From NCBI RefSeq assembly GCF_964355755.1, contig NC_092677.1, forward strand, positions 580,101 through 644,100: a stretch of DNA of 64,000 nt, given 5' to 3'. Below, in pieces: positions 25,327 to 38,600 of this stretch. Position numbers and translations under genes: made by a program. Origin of the DNA: Antedon mediterranea (Eukaryota > Animalia > Echinodermata). Numbering within the stretch: the first letter of the stretch is position 1; each line of letters opens with the position of its first letter. The notes below the pieces were generated by a model. The model saw only the letters and a list, made by a program, of their open reading frames with translations. It was not told the DNA's origin and ran no database searches.

Positions 25327-28300
25327 TACGGGGCGCCGTTTGGGACATTGCTAATTTTGTCGAAATATTACAATTTTGTCTACACATAATTAATTTTGTC
25401 AATACAAAATTCATTTTGTCAACACAAAATTCATTTTGTATTGACAAAATTCATTTTGTGTTGACAAAATTTATTCTGTGTGGACAAAATAAATTTTTTC
25501 TTGACAAAATTCATTTTGTCTCGACAAAATTAATTCTGTGTAAACAAAATTCTTTCTGTGTACACAAAATTAATTCTGTGTTGACAAAATTAATTCTGTG
25601 TAGACAAAATTCATTCTGTAACGACAAAATTCATTTTGTGGCAACAAAATTTATTCTGTAACGACAAAATTCATTTTGTGTAGACAAAATTAATTCTGTG
25701 TGGACAAAATTAATTCTGTGTAGACAAAATTCATTCTGTAACGACAAAATTAATTCTGTGTGGACAAAATTAATTCTGTGTGGACAAAATTTATTCTGTG
25801 TAGACAAAATTCATTCTGTGAAGACAAAATGAATTTTTTTGCAACAAAATTCATTTTTGTCGCGACAAAATAAATTTTGTTAGCCGAGCCTACTCAAGCG
25901 TGGGACAAAACGTTTTTTAAAACATTTTGTCCCACGCTTGAGTAGGCTCCGTTTTAATATTTAAATTAGAAGGCGGAGTTTAAACGTGAAAAGGGCAAGA
26001 CAGGGTGAAGCTATCTTTGACATTTGTTATTGGTTAAGTTATTATGGCTGAGCATGCCTCCGTCTCTATTGCTATCATATTAATCTATTTTATTATCAGG
26101 GAACCCCTGAAAATATCAGATATGATCAGTATTCATACTTTGACAATTTAATATCTACGTCGTCAGTAATAATTATTATTATAATGTATTCTATATTAAA
26201 AATCGGAAAATGGTTTTCATTAGAGCCCTGCTTATTACTTAAGTAAAATTGTAGTAATGGGGCTATTTAATATTTTGTCGTTTAAAATATTATTTATTAA
26301 TCTTATAAAATGTATATACTTTATTTTAAAATTAAAGATGTATTGTCTCCTAAAATCATGAAAAATAAAGAATAGGCCATTATGCAGTTTTAATGAAGTT
26401 GTTCACTTCCATAAGAAAAAAAAACGGGAAAAAATTATTTCAACTATAAAAAGACAAAATAAACAGTTAAATTACCCAAAAACTCATTGGCTTCCAGACA
26501 ATTTGACAATTTTTTGCTTTAAATTACAGTTTTTTCAGGTAAATCATTTTTTTTCAGACCCAATTTTTTGTGAAAGTGAATAACTATTATGTGACATTAA
26601 AATAACATATTCAACAAAAAGATTAAAAAAAACATTTTTTTCAGGGGACAATATATCTTTAAGATAATAATAATCATTGCAGAAATAATGATGCTGAAAG
26701 CTGTCCGTTATTTGAAAAAAAAAAAACATTTAAAGAACTGACTACAAAAGATTGCTCACGTTAGTTTTATTATAACAATCATCCACCCTGCGAAACCTAA
26801 TAACCTTTAACCTACAGTAGTAAGTAGGCCAGGTAGCCTACGTTGGCTAGGTTCAAGATTACGCAAGTTGTCTAGGACCTCTTCAGGTAAAGGTTCAATA
26901 ATGGGGCTATTCGATTCGATTCGAACATTCGATGTAAAATATCAACACCCCAGACAGTGTAATAATGACCTTTCCAGACCGAAAACCATTCTGCCCGAAA
27001 TTACAATACTTTCTCGATACAACTCCATATTTTATTAGTGGAAAATGCATTTTTATTTAACATCAATCTTATCAAGCCAGGCAAAGACTGAATACGTACA
27101 TTAAAAGTACAAAGAACAATGTAAACCTATAAACAATTATTTGCAATTACCAATGTATAATAAATAAAATCAATCATGGAGAAGGTGGAAAGATTATATA
27201 CACTGCCATGGGAATGGATACTTGAGTGGCGCCATATGTCAGTTGTGTGAACACCCATATAACTATTTGGTCAAAGTTGAATTATATCTTTCGAGGGTGT
27301 AAATATATAATAATATGCAACCGAGAGTAAAATTAATAGTTAAACGTAAATTTGAAATTAAATTTAACTTTTTAACGACAATTTGCAATATCATAATCTA
27401 TATGGCGCGTACCAAACTGTCATTTATTTAGGCAACTAAAATATCTTAGTTTTTAATAGATGTAGTTAGTTTACAATATAGATCTTAGGTTCCAATAGAG
27501 ATATATCCCTGTTATAACCAAGATATCTTTTCAATATAGATATCTCTATTATTCCAATTAGAGACAATTAATATATGTCTTAAGAGATATATCATAGTTT
27601 TGTTCCCTTGAGTTAGGCCTATTAGCAATTTAGTATTCCTATCCAAATAAACTTGGTAGGCCTATATAGACGACGCAATTCCCATAAGAATAAATAGGCC
27701 TATACTAACTATTATATTAAAATAAATGTATTAACTAAAATCATTTCATTACTACTCAACTTATCAGATGTTATCGTAAATAGTGTTGTCATTTTCTTTA
27801 TCAATATTATCGGTATCGATATAAATCTTCAACCATCTTTAATATTTATTACCAAAATTGGTAGGCATATAGGGCTACCCGGGAGGGCTACGTGTTCCGT
27901 TTTGCTGAATCGGAATTAATTTTAAGTATACAATAATATTGTTATACGTCAGTATAAACTGTACTTGTACTCGACGCAAAGTATTCAAGTTCACCGGTGT
28001 AGAGGAGGTCGTAAAATGATATTCGCGAGCTGTTTGATCGTAGGCCTATAACTGTCAATCTTCGAGTTTCCAATAACAACCCCGCCTTCTAATTTAAATG
28101 TTAAAACGTTTTGTCCCACGCTTGAGTAGGCTCGGCTAACAAAATTTATTTTGTCGCGACAAAATAAATTTTTTTGCAACAAAATGAATTTTGTCTACAC
28201 AGAATTAATTTTGTCTACACAGAATGAATTTTGTCTACACAGAATAAATTTTGTCTACACAGAATACATTTTGTCGCCACAAAATGAATTTTGTCCACAC

Positions 28301-28496
28301 AGAATTAATTTTGTCTACACAGAATTAATTTTGTCCACACAGAATTAATTTTGTTTACACAAAATGAATTTTGTCGTTACAGAATGAATTTTGTCGCCAC
28401 AAAATGAATTTTGTCGTTACAGAATGAATTTTGTCTACACAGAATTAATTTTGTCAACACAGAATTAATTTTGTCTACACAGAAAGAATTTTGTTT
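25327..28496. mobile_element. Foldback-like element with inverted 20-bp tandem arrays (IS3EU-like TACGG terminus); right terminus lost
   Basis: Array GACAAAATTAATTCTGTGTA at ~25360-25880 mirrored by TACACAGAATTAATTTTGTC at ~28140-28496; inner unique inverted block ttagccgagcctactcaagcgtgggacaaaacg / aaattagaaggcgg; left end TACGGGGCGCC. Confidence 0.7.
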
Positions 28497-29026
28497 AAGT
28501 TATCTAAACATCGTTAACGTTACATTTTGTCCCCACTTAAGATACACGAGTAATTGAATTGTGGATAATGCTATCAAGGCAGGATATTTATTTGCATCTC
28601 TTTCTTTTATGCTGTAAGTATAATCGAATATGGTCCAATTTGTATTTTTTTTTATAACATTAACAATTGAATACTGGTATACTTTAATGTATAATGTTGT
28701 ACAGTAGTTTAAAACATAATTTTTACAAATACTAATAGATCACAGCATTTTCCTCAATATACAATTGTGGAAAGTTGCCCATATCGGGTTGTTAAAATAA
28801 AATTAATCAATTTATTGGTTGATCAACCATTACTTTTTTGTTTAACAAAATTCAGTCTTACGAAAATGTTCTGCAGTAACAGTGACTGCTGATGACATAG
28901 ATGTAGCTGAAGGATCTGAAGCAAGAATAACATGTAACATTGTACCAGCTAGCAGTGGAGCCGTTCCTGTTGTAACATGGTATAATGTTACCAATGCGGC
29001 AAATGATTTAATAGCATCTTATCAGA

Positions 29027-30354
29027 TAGCCTGGGTGCAGTACAAATTTTGCGGGAAAAAAGTATAGGAAAATTTTTTTCTTTTTTTTCTGATAGAGTAT
29101 ACCATATAGAATGTCAGAAAAAAAATCCCCATCCCAGGGTCTTGGGGAAAATTTTTTACGGCACTTTTAAATTTTGGCCTATATAACACACACAAATGCC
29201 TATTAACACACACAAATACCTATATATAGGGGATAGGGAAAACCAATTCACGTTTTTTTTAACTTGGAGTTGTGTTATGATTATTAAAATTAGCTGAGGC
29301 TTACTTTAATAACTACTTATCATAGTAGTTGATAAATCGAGTCGATAACAATGACATCATCATGCCAGAATCCAATATGGCGTCCAATTTGGCGGAAAAA
29401 AACAGGGTATTGCTAAACCCCCGCAAACCCCTGGAAACCTCCAAAATAACATAGCAAACCCCCACCGAACCAACATAAAAGTGATTGAATCATGTAGTGT
29501 ACGACCCACTGGGTACATCCATGAAAAAAAAAATTAAATTTCTACTGTTAACTACTTATTTTTGGGTCAAAACATCATATTTTGGTCAAAAATGATTGCT
29601 AAACCCTGCAAACCTCCAAAAAAACATAGCAAACCCCACCGAACCAACATAATAAAAGTGATTGAATCATGTAGTGTACGACCCACTGGGTATATCCATG
29701 TTTTAAAAAAAAAAAATTTCTACTGTTAACTACTTATTTTTGGGGTAAAACATCATTTTTGGGTAAAAAATGATTGCTAATTTTTAACCAAAAAATGACG
29801 TTTTATCCCAAAAATAAGTAGTTAACAGTAGAAATTTTAATTTTTTTTTACATGGACATACCCAGTGGGGTGTACACTCCATGATTCAATCACTTTTATG
29901 TCGGTTCGGTGGGGTTTTCTATGTGTTTTTTGGAGGTTTCCAGGGGTTTGCGGGAGTTTAGCAATACCCTATTTTTCCCGCCAAATCGGACGCCATATTG
30001 GATTCTGGCATGATGATGTCATCGTATCGACTTGATTCATCAACTACTATGAGAAGTAGTTATTAAAGTAAGCCTCTACTAATTTTAATCATTAAAACAC
30101 AACTGCAAGTAACAAAAACTGTTAATTGATTTTCCCTATCCCCTATATATAGGTATTTGTGTATGTTAATAGGAATTTGTGTGTGTTATATAGGCCAAAA
30201 TTTAAAAGTGCCATAAAAAATTTTCCCCAAGACCCTGGGATGGGGATTTTTTTCTGACATTCTATATGGTATACTCTATTAGAAAAACAAAAAAAAAATT
30301 TTCCTATACTTTTTTCCCGCAAATGTGTATAATAATTGTTCTGCACCCAGGCTA
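29027..30354. mobile_element. Palindromic non-autonomous Academ-type element (1328 bp, 3-bp TSD AGA) inside the V exon
   Basis: AGA|TAGCCTGGGTGCAG...CTGCACCCAGGCTA|AGA; the arms are inverted over about 580 bp; removing it restores YQSGFGTV, matching YQGGFGTV in the paralogs. Confidence 0.9.
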
Positions 30355-31053
30355 AGAGTGGATTTGGAACAGTAGAACCTGGATACAGTGACAAATTTAG
30401 TGTTGAAAATGACATTACTCTTGTAATTACCAACACTCTCAGAAGTGATAGTGGAACATATCAATGTAGTGTCAATTTAGTTGGAGATAGTCCATCATCT
30501 GATAATGATATATGCACTCTGACTGTAAATTGTGAGTAAATCTTTTATTTTTTATCCATGGGTACGCTTACTTAAAAACGCAGTAGTGTCAGATTTTCAG
30601 AAAAAAACCTAATTACGAATAACTTTAATCCCACCTTTTTAATTTCCATTTTCTTTAGTTTTTTCTCATCTTTTTTCTGTTGATTGTTCAGCGCTTAGAG
30701 GCGTCCTGCATTTTGCGCTATAGTAAATTGAACATTATTATTATTATTATAACTTGGATAAGTACCATGGTTGAGGGGTAAAAGTTCATACTCCACTCAA
30801 ATTCATCTGGATTCTTTCCTGCCTGGACTACGTATTGCATAGGCTTAAACTTCGCGATTTATTATATCGTCTACAAAGCAAACTACAACTCAACTAGTGC
30901 TGATTGTTATACGACCGTCTAAAATACTATTTTATATACAAAAAAGTGCTGTAACTGAGTTTTTTCTAAAGCTTTACTTAATTTGAACAACATAATCTTG
31001 ATCGTCAAGGTTCAAATCCAAACGCGGTCGTCACACCTAAGCAAGCACAAACA

Positions 31054-32608
31054 ATGGCATTGTCACCAAATGATAGCGCTGACTTGATTGAATTATTTCA
31101 ATCAATGAAATCGTCCCCGGTATTATCACCGGTTTCTCCAGATCCTGTTTACAACAACTCAACGAAATCGCCTCCGATACTGTCACCGGTCTCTATTACA
31201 CAAAATCCAGTTAAAAATAAACTTGAACAATATCTTGTGGAAGAAAGAGGCACAATAGAATGTATAGCAGGGTGTGATTCAACAGGAAAAAACGAAAACA
31301 CAATAGCATGTACTCTTTGTTCAAAGCAGTACCACAGGACATGTGCAGACGCAAAAGGAAAAAAAGGCCCATGGATATGCTTAGTGTGCAAACGTATTCC
31401 TAGCATACTATCAACTCTAACAGAGACTATCTTAGTATTTGACCAACGTTTAAGATATATTGATGAAAGGCTGACCAAAAAGAAACCTGATTCAACCAAT
31501 GAAGTGACCAAGACCCAGGAAAAAAAACAACTTCTCATAAACAGTGAGTCAATGAAAAAAGAAATAGAATGTCTGCGACATGAACTAAAAGAAAGTAACA
31601 ACATCCTCATTGAAAACACCAAACTAAAGGCTGAAATAAAACTCCTAAGACAGGAGCTAAAGTACACAGAAAACAACAGACAACCCAACGCTACCGGCCT
31701 ACAAGAAATAAGGGTAGAAATGGAAAAAATGAAAGAAAAAATCAATAAAACAGAAAGAGAAAACAAACTAACAGCTAATGCTTTCATAGATGTCAAGCGA
31801 AACAACGATATGATCCTGCAGAAAGATAAACAAATAACAAATCTCTAGGACAAACTACAGACAGCAATACACGAAACAGAAAAAGCAAGGGAGTACGCGT
31901 ACGAAGCAAAACGAACCCAGGTAGCCATCGAAGCATCAGACTTCCAAACCGTTAACTCAAAAAAAGACAGTCAAAAATTTTCGTATGCAGAAAGTCTAAT
32001 GAAAAATAATGACACACATCGAGCCTACGAAAGCAAGAAACCATCTGTATTACTATTAGGAAATTCGCACTTAAAAAAAGTCGAAGCAAGTCGTATTTTA
32101 CCAAAAGCAGATGTAAGCATTACACACGCATACACTAATGACCAAATTTGAAATGCACTCGATGAAATCCACGAAACACTTTGAAGACTGTATAGTAATC
32201 CACGAAATAACTAACTCTGTAAAGGAATCAGCTCCAGAAAAGTGCGCAGAAACGCTATACAACACAGTCAGTGAGTATGCCACAAAACATCCAGACACTG
32301 AATGTTTGATATCACTTGGCTTACCACGAGCAGGCCCACTAAATTTCAGAATTGAAATAGCAAACTCATGTATAAAGCACAAGATACGCACAGACAAAAT
32401 ACCAAACCTAACATTCTGCGACAATAGCAACTTCTTACGAAACGGCGAGCTGGTCGACACACTTCTAGCACCTGATGGATACCATCTATCAGATGGAGGC
32501 ACCAGCCTATTGGCCAGTAATGTCAGATACAAAGTTGAAAACGTTCTAGGTCTATCTCGCAGAAAAGCTAACACAGGAAGAGGTAGACCACGTTACCACA
32601 AATTTTAA
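31054..32608 (+). pseudogene. LINE ORF1: PHD finger + coiled coil + SGNH esterase-like domain (stop at 31846 and a frameshift)
   Basis: CIAGC..CTLCSKQYHRTC..WICLVC; long heptad region; LLGNSH, HEITN, DGYHL. Confidence 0.8.
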
Positions 32609-32910
32609 CAATTGTAAGGTAACACAAATTCAGAAAGTTATTGTAACTGAAATTAAGCAGTAGACATAAGCATAGTATTATAAATTATATTAATTAAAAT
32701 AGTTTTTTATAGACAAATACAATCAATAAACATACAAAATCAAAGCATGGATAACAATTAAAATAACGGTGATGAAAACGAAATATCAAATCCAATGGAT
32801 ATACTATTTAATCCAATTTCTATTGATAATGGTAATATAATAATGACCATGACGAATTCATTGAATATAGTCTCAGAAACAAGCTAAATGCTATTGAGAC
32901 ATGTTCTTAT

Positions 32911-35692
32911 ATGAGTCCATATGACTTGAATGAATCTGTGAAGAAATTAAAAAATATTGGCTACTCATTTCTTCACTATAATATTCGAAGTATCAATAAA
33001 CACATTGATGAACTAACTACATACCTAAACTTAATCAACCACCCCTTTACAGTTATTGGTATATCGGAAACATGGTTAAACAGTACATCGTGCAAACCAT
33101 ATTTACCGAGCTATGACTTCCTCGCATTAGATAGGAAGAACCGTAAAGGAGGGGGAGTTGGTATGTTTGTTTCTGCTACAATTGACATAAAAGAAAGAAA
33201 AGATCTATTTATTGAATCTTGTGAATGTATTTTTATTGAAATAATTGAAAAAAAATGTAACAATACGATTGTTGGTATAATATATAGACCTCCCGATTCG
33301 AATATAGAACTTTTTAATAGATCACTAGACGATATTCTTAATACTATTGATATCGAGGGAAAATCATGCCACATTATGGGTGATTTTAAAATTAATTTAC
33401 TTAAGCATGCATCGACTGATTTTGTAAATAATTTTCTAGAAGTAATGATGTCGCATTCCTTCTACCCATCGATTTCAAGACCCACTAGAATACAAAACAA
33501 CACATCTTCATTAATTGATAACATTTTCTCCAATACACTTTCTGAACAAATGTCATCTGGTATACTAATCTCAGACATATCTGATCATTTACCGGTATAC
33601 CAAATTATCCACTCCGTGCCCGACAAACATATTAAAGTAAAAACCGGTAATATAGAACCTCATAAATATGCAATAAACGAAAGAAATATAAATAAACTAT
33701 ATAATGACTTATTACCTGTTGATTGGGCTGATGTATATGTAAGGACAAACCCTGATGATGCTTAAAATGCTTTTATCAACACTTTCAAAAAATTATATAA
33801 TAAAAACTTTAAAAAAAAAGAAAAAGTTCAAGAAAATCACAAAAAGTATAAAAAGTTCAAACAACCATGGATGAGCTCAAGACTCTTAAAGTCTAGCAAA
33901 AGAAAACATGTGTTGTACAACAAATTTATAAAACATCCCTCGTCTAAAAATAAGGATATTTATAAAGAGTTTAATAAGTCATTTATGCGTACATGCAAAA
34001 AGGCAAAGAAATCATATGAAAATGTTTTTAACAATACTAAAAGAAATAAAAAAAAAACATGGAATATTATAAATGATATTATAAATCCAGGTGGAGGCAA
34101 AAATAATGTTCCATCCACTTTTACATCTGGTGACAAACTCATAGAGGGTTGTGAGCCTATTGCAAACCACATTAACGATTATTTTATTAATGTTGGTCTC
34201 AAGGTACGAGACAGTATTGAGCCATCAACGGCACAATACTCTGATTACCTGCTAAACAGGCAAAGTAACTCTATGTTTTTCTACCATGTAAATGAGGAGG
34301 AAGTGTTAAAAGTGATTCAATCACTTGATGCAAACAAAACACCTGGTTTTGATGATATTTCACCAAAGGTAGTCAAGGCAGTTGGTGATGCTATTGTAAA
34401 GCCCTTGACTTATATATTTAACGTATCTCTTCACTCCGGCTCAATACCGGAACAGATAAAAATTTCAAAAGTAATTCCCATATACAAAAAAGGGGACCGT
34501 CATTTAGCCTCGAATTATCGCCCGATATCACTACTACCAATTTTCTCTAAAATCTTTGAAAAGATAGTCCATTCCAGATTGTATAATTACTTTAAAACTT
34601 ACAATATACTAAATGATTGGCAATATGGCTTCCGAAACAATCATTCAACCTCCCACGCTATAATTGATCTGATCCACAAAATACTAAAGGCATTTGAAAA
34701 CAAAGAGTTCGTAATTGCCACATTTATGGATTTGTCAAAGGCATTTGATATTATTGACCACAGTATATTACTGAACAAGCTATTCCACTATGGTATAAGA
34801 GGTGTTACACTAAAATGGTTCAGTAACTACTTAAAATCACGAAAGCAATATGTTTTTATAAATGGTACTTCGTCTAATATTAAGGAGACTAGTATTGGTG
34901 TTCCACAAGGGTCCGTTTTGGGACCTTTGTTGTTTCTTGTATATGTAAACGATATATGTAACTCAAGTACACAAATTGAATTAATTAGCTTTGCCGATGA
35001 TACAACAGGATTCAAGTGTGGAAATAACCTGAACGCATTGGCAAACACTATGAATGTGGAACTATATAGAATTAATATGTGGTTCAAAGCTAATAAACTT
35101 TTATTAAACACCAGCAAAACAAATTACGTAATCTTTAAAACTGCCCAAAGGCGTATTATTACAACCAATATTGAATTGAAAATGAATAACATTACTTTAG
35201 AACAACAAAAAAATGTAACATTTCTTGGGGTTGTAATAAATGAGAACCTTTGCTGGAAAAATCATATAAGGCTTATTAGCAAAACAACCGCTAGGGCTAT
35301 TGGAATATTGATAAAAACTAGACATTTTTTTGCTAATTATATTTTAACAAATTTGTATAATACATTAATTCTACCGCACCTTCAGTATGGAAACATTATT
35401 TGGGGCAGTACATATGATAGTACACTGGAATCCCTTCTTAAACTCCAGAAAAAGGCTGCTAGAATAATTTTATTTAAAAAGCCATGGCAACATTCTGAGC
35501 CACTGTTTAAGCAATTAAATATACTTAACATACAAGATATCAACAGAGTTACTGTCCTAGGTTTCATGGCCCAGATAAAAAGCAATGTTTTACCCAGACG
35601 AATCCAAATGATATTCAAAAGAAACGAAAATACTACCCATAATCTTCGAAATATTTGTAGCGTAAAACAACCATACTCTAGGTTAACGTCTG
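32911..35692 (+). pseudogene. LINE ORF2: AP endonuclease + reverse transcriptase (stop at 33763, frameshift, broken by an insertion)
   Basis: HYNIRS, ISETWL, IYRPP, MGDF, IDNIF, SDHLP; NYRPISLL, DLSKAFD, PQGSVLGP, FADDT. Confidence 0.9.
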
Positions 35693-38600
35693 TAGGCTAG
35701 TCAATCTAGCAAAAAAAACAGCCCAAAGTGAAACAAATTGCAAACAGAGATTTTTCTTTTTTAAATGGTCATATATGATGAGGAGATCAAAATTTGAGCA
35801 TCACACCTCTGTCACTCATCCCGATGATATGCAAATTAGCTTAAATATGCAAATTAGGGTGAAATTACAAGGTTACCATATCTCAAAAACTACTAGTCCG
35901 AGAGAGTTGATTTTTTCACTGATCTATTCAAAATGTATATATTTATATTTACTCTAATGAAACATTTTACGAAAAAATGACCGGAAGTACAACATTTGAC
36001 CTTCGACCCCATTTCTCAATGTTTGCATATACAATGTGACTAAAATGTCTGTAGAGACTTTATTTTGCCCTCAAATGACCCAGACATGGGTTCCTAATAG
36101 CCAGCATAGGATCACTTTGTAATTCCCAAAATCACACCTTTGTCACACACCTCGAAAGTATGCAAATTAGTAGTACAATTTAAATAAAATATGCAAATAA
36201 GGGGAAAAAATTACAGTTGTCCTATATCTCAAAAACCACTAATGCTAGAGAGCTGATTTTTTCACAGCCGTATTCAAAATGTACATATTTCTATTTGCTC
36301 CAATGAAACATTTTACAAAAAATTGACCGGAAGTATGACATTTGACCCTCGACCCCATTTCTCAATATTGCATATATAAATGAAACTAAAATGTCTGTAG
36401 AGACTTTGTTTTGCCCTCAAATGACTCCGATACAGGTTTCTAATAGCCAACATAGGACTGTTTAGTAGATCTCAAAATCACACCTGTATCACTCACCTCC
36501 AAAGTATGCAAATTATTAGTACAAGTTACATGAAATATGCAAATTAGAGGGTGAAATTAAAGGTTCCTATATATCGAAAACCACTAAGGCTAGAGAGTTG
36601 ATTTTTTCAATAACTTGTTCAGAATGTACATATTTATATTTACTCTAATGAAACATTTTACGAAAAAATTACCGGAAATACAACAATTGACCCTCAACCC
36701 CATTTATTAATGTTTGCATACATAATGCGACTAAAATGTCTGTAGAGACTTTGTTTTGGACTCAAATAACTCGGATACTTGTTTCCTATAGTCAGCATAG
36801 GACCGCTTTGTAATTCCCAAAATCACGCCTTCGTTTTGGCATGGTTGGAATTCCCTTTTTTCATATTAGTTTATGTACAGCGCTTAGAGGTTACACAACA
36901 TTAGGCGCTATATAAATCTAGGATATTATTATTATTATTTCTCAATATTTGCATATAATGCGACTAAAATGTATGTACAGACTTTGTTTTGGCCTCAAAT
37001 GACTCGGATACAGGTTTTATATAGCCAGTATAAGTCAAGCACCTCGAAAGTATGCAAATTAGTAGTACAAGCTATATGAAATATGCAAATTACAGTGAAT
37101 TGCCTTATGTATCTCGAAAACGCTAATGACCGAGAGAGAGAGATATGGCAACTTTCTTGTACTACTGATTTGCATACTTTCAAGCGAAGTAACAGAGGTG
37201 TGATTTTGAGAATTACTAAACAGTTCTATGCTGGCTATAGAAAACCTGTATCTGGGTCATTATTGAAAAAAAAATTTATCGAAAGTATGACATTTGACCC
37301 TCGAACCTATTTCTCAATATTTGCATATAATGCAACTAAAATGTATGTACATACTTTGTTTTGGCCTCAAATGACTTGGATACAGGTTTTATATAGCCAG
37401 TATAGGATCGTTTAGTAATTCCAAAAGTCAAGCAACTCGAAAGTATGCACATTATTAGTACAAGTTATATGAAATATGCAAATTACAGCCTTATGTATCT
37501 CGAAAAACGCTAATGACCGATAGAGATATGGCAACTTTCACCTCTTGTACTACTAATTTTCATATTTTCTAGGGAAGTAACAAAGGTGTGATTTTGAGAA
37601 TTACTACAGTTCTATGCTGGCTATAGAAAACCTGTATCTGAGTCATTTGAGGCCAAAACAGTCTGTACAGATATTTTAGTTGAATTATATGAAAATATTG
37701 AGAAATAGGGTCAAGGGTCAAATGTCATAATTCAATCAAGACAATTTTTGCATAAAATGTTTCATTACAGCGAATATAAATATGTACATTCTGAATCAAC
37801 TCTGAATTCAAATCAACTCTCTAGCATTAATGGTTTTCGAGATATGGGAAGACTGTAATTTCACCCCTAATTTGCATATTTCATGTAACTTGTACTAATA
37901 ATTTGCATACTTTCAAGGTATGTGACAAAGATGTGATTTTGGGAATTACAAAGAGGTCCTATGCTGACAATAGGAAAACTGTATCCGAGTCATTTGAGTC
38001 CAAAAAAATTATCTACAGACATTTTAGTCGCATTATGTATGCAAACATTGATAAATAGGGTCAAGGGTCAATTGTTGTATTTCCAGTCATTTTTTCGTAA
38101 AATGTTTCATTAGAGCAATTATAAATATGTACATTCTGAACAAGTTTTTGAAAAAATCAACTCTCTACCTTAGCGGTTTTCGATACATATAGGAACCTGT
38201 AATTTCACCCCCTAATTTGCATATTTCATGTAACTTGTACTAATAATTTGCATACTTTGAAGGTGAGTAATACAGGTGTGATTTTGAGATTTACTAAACA
38301 TTCCTATGTTGGCTATTAAACCTGTATCCGAGTCATTTGAGGGCAAAACAAAGTCTCTACAGACATTTTAGTTTTCATTATATATGCAATATTGAGAAAT
38401 GGGGTCGAGGGTCAAATGTTATAGTTCCGGGCATTTTTTTGTAAAATGTCTCATTACAGCAAATATAAATATATACATTTTAAATATTTTAGTGAAAAAA
38501 TCAACACTCTAGCATTAGCGGTTTTCGAGATATGGCAACGGTGTTATTTCACTCCCTAATTTGCATATTTAATATTACTTGTACTACTAATTTGCATACT

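Noticed and set aside
25360-28496. 20-bp periodic arrays as a CRISPR array
   Set aside because: Units are contiguous with no unique spacers, occur as two inverted arms, and lie in eukaryotic DNA with no cas genes.
29027-30354. RAG/Transib-type transposon splitting a V gene (proto-V(D)J)
   Set aside because: Termini are TAG...CTA with a 3-bp TSD, not CACAGTG heptamer/nonamer ends with a 5-bp TSD. The insertion is mid-domain rather than at the V-J position, and I saw no RAG-like ORF or separate J segments.
31149-35618. Antisense ORFs over LINE ORF1/ORF2 (e.g. 218 aa and 158 aa)
   Set aside because: Shadow frames of the retrotransposon coding strand with no recognisable motifs; the same applies to their counterparts at 59-63 kb.
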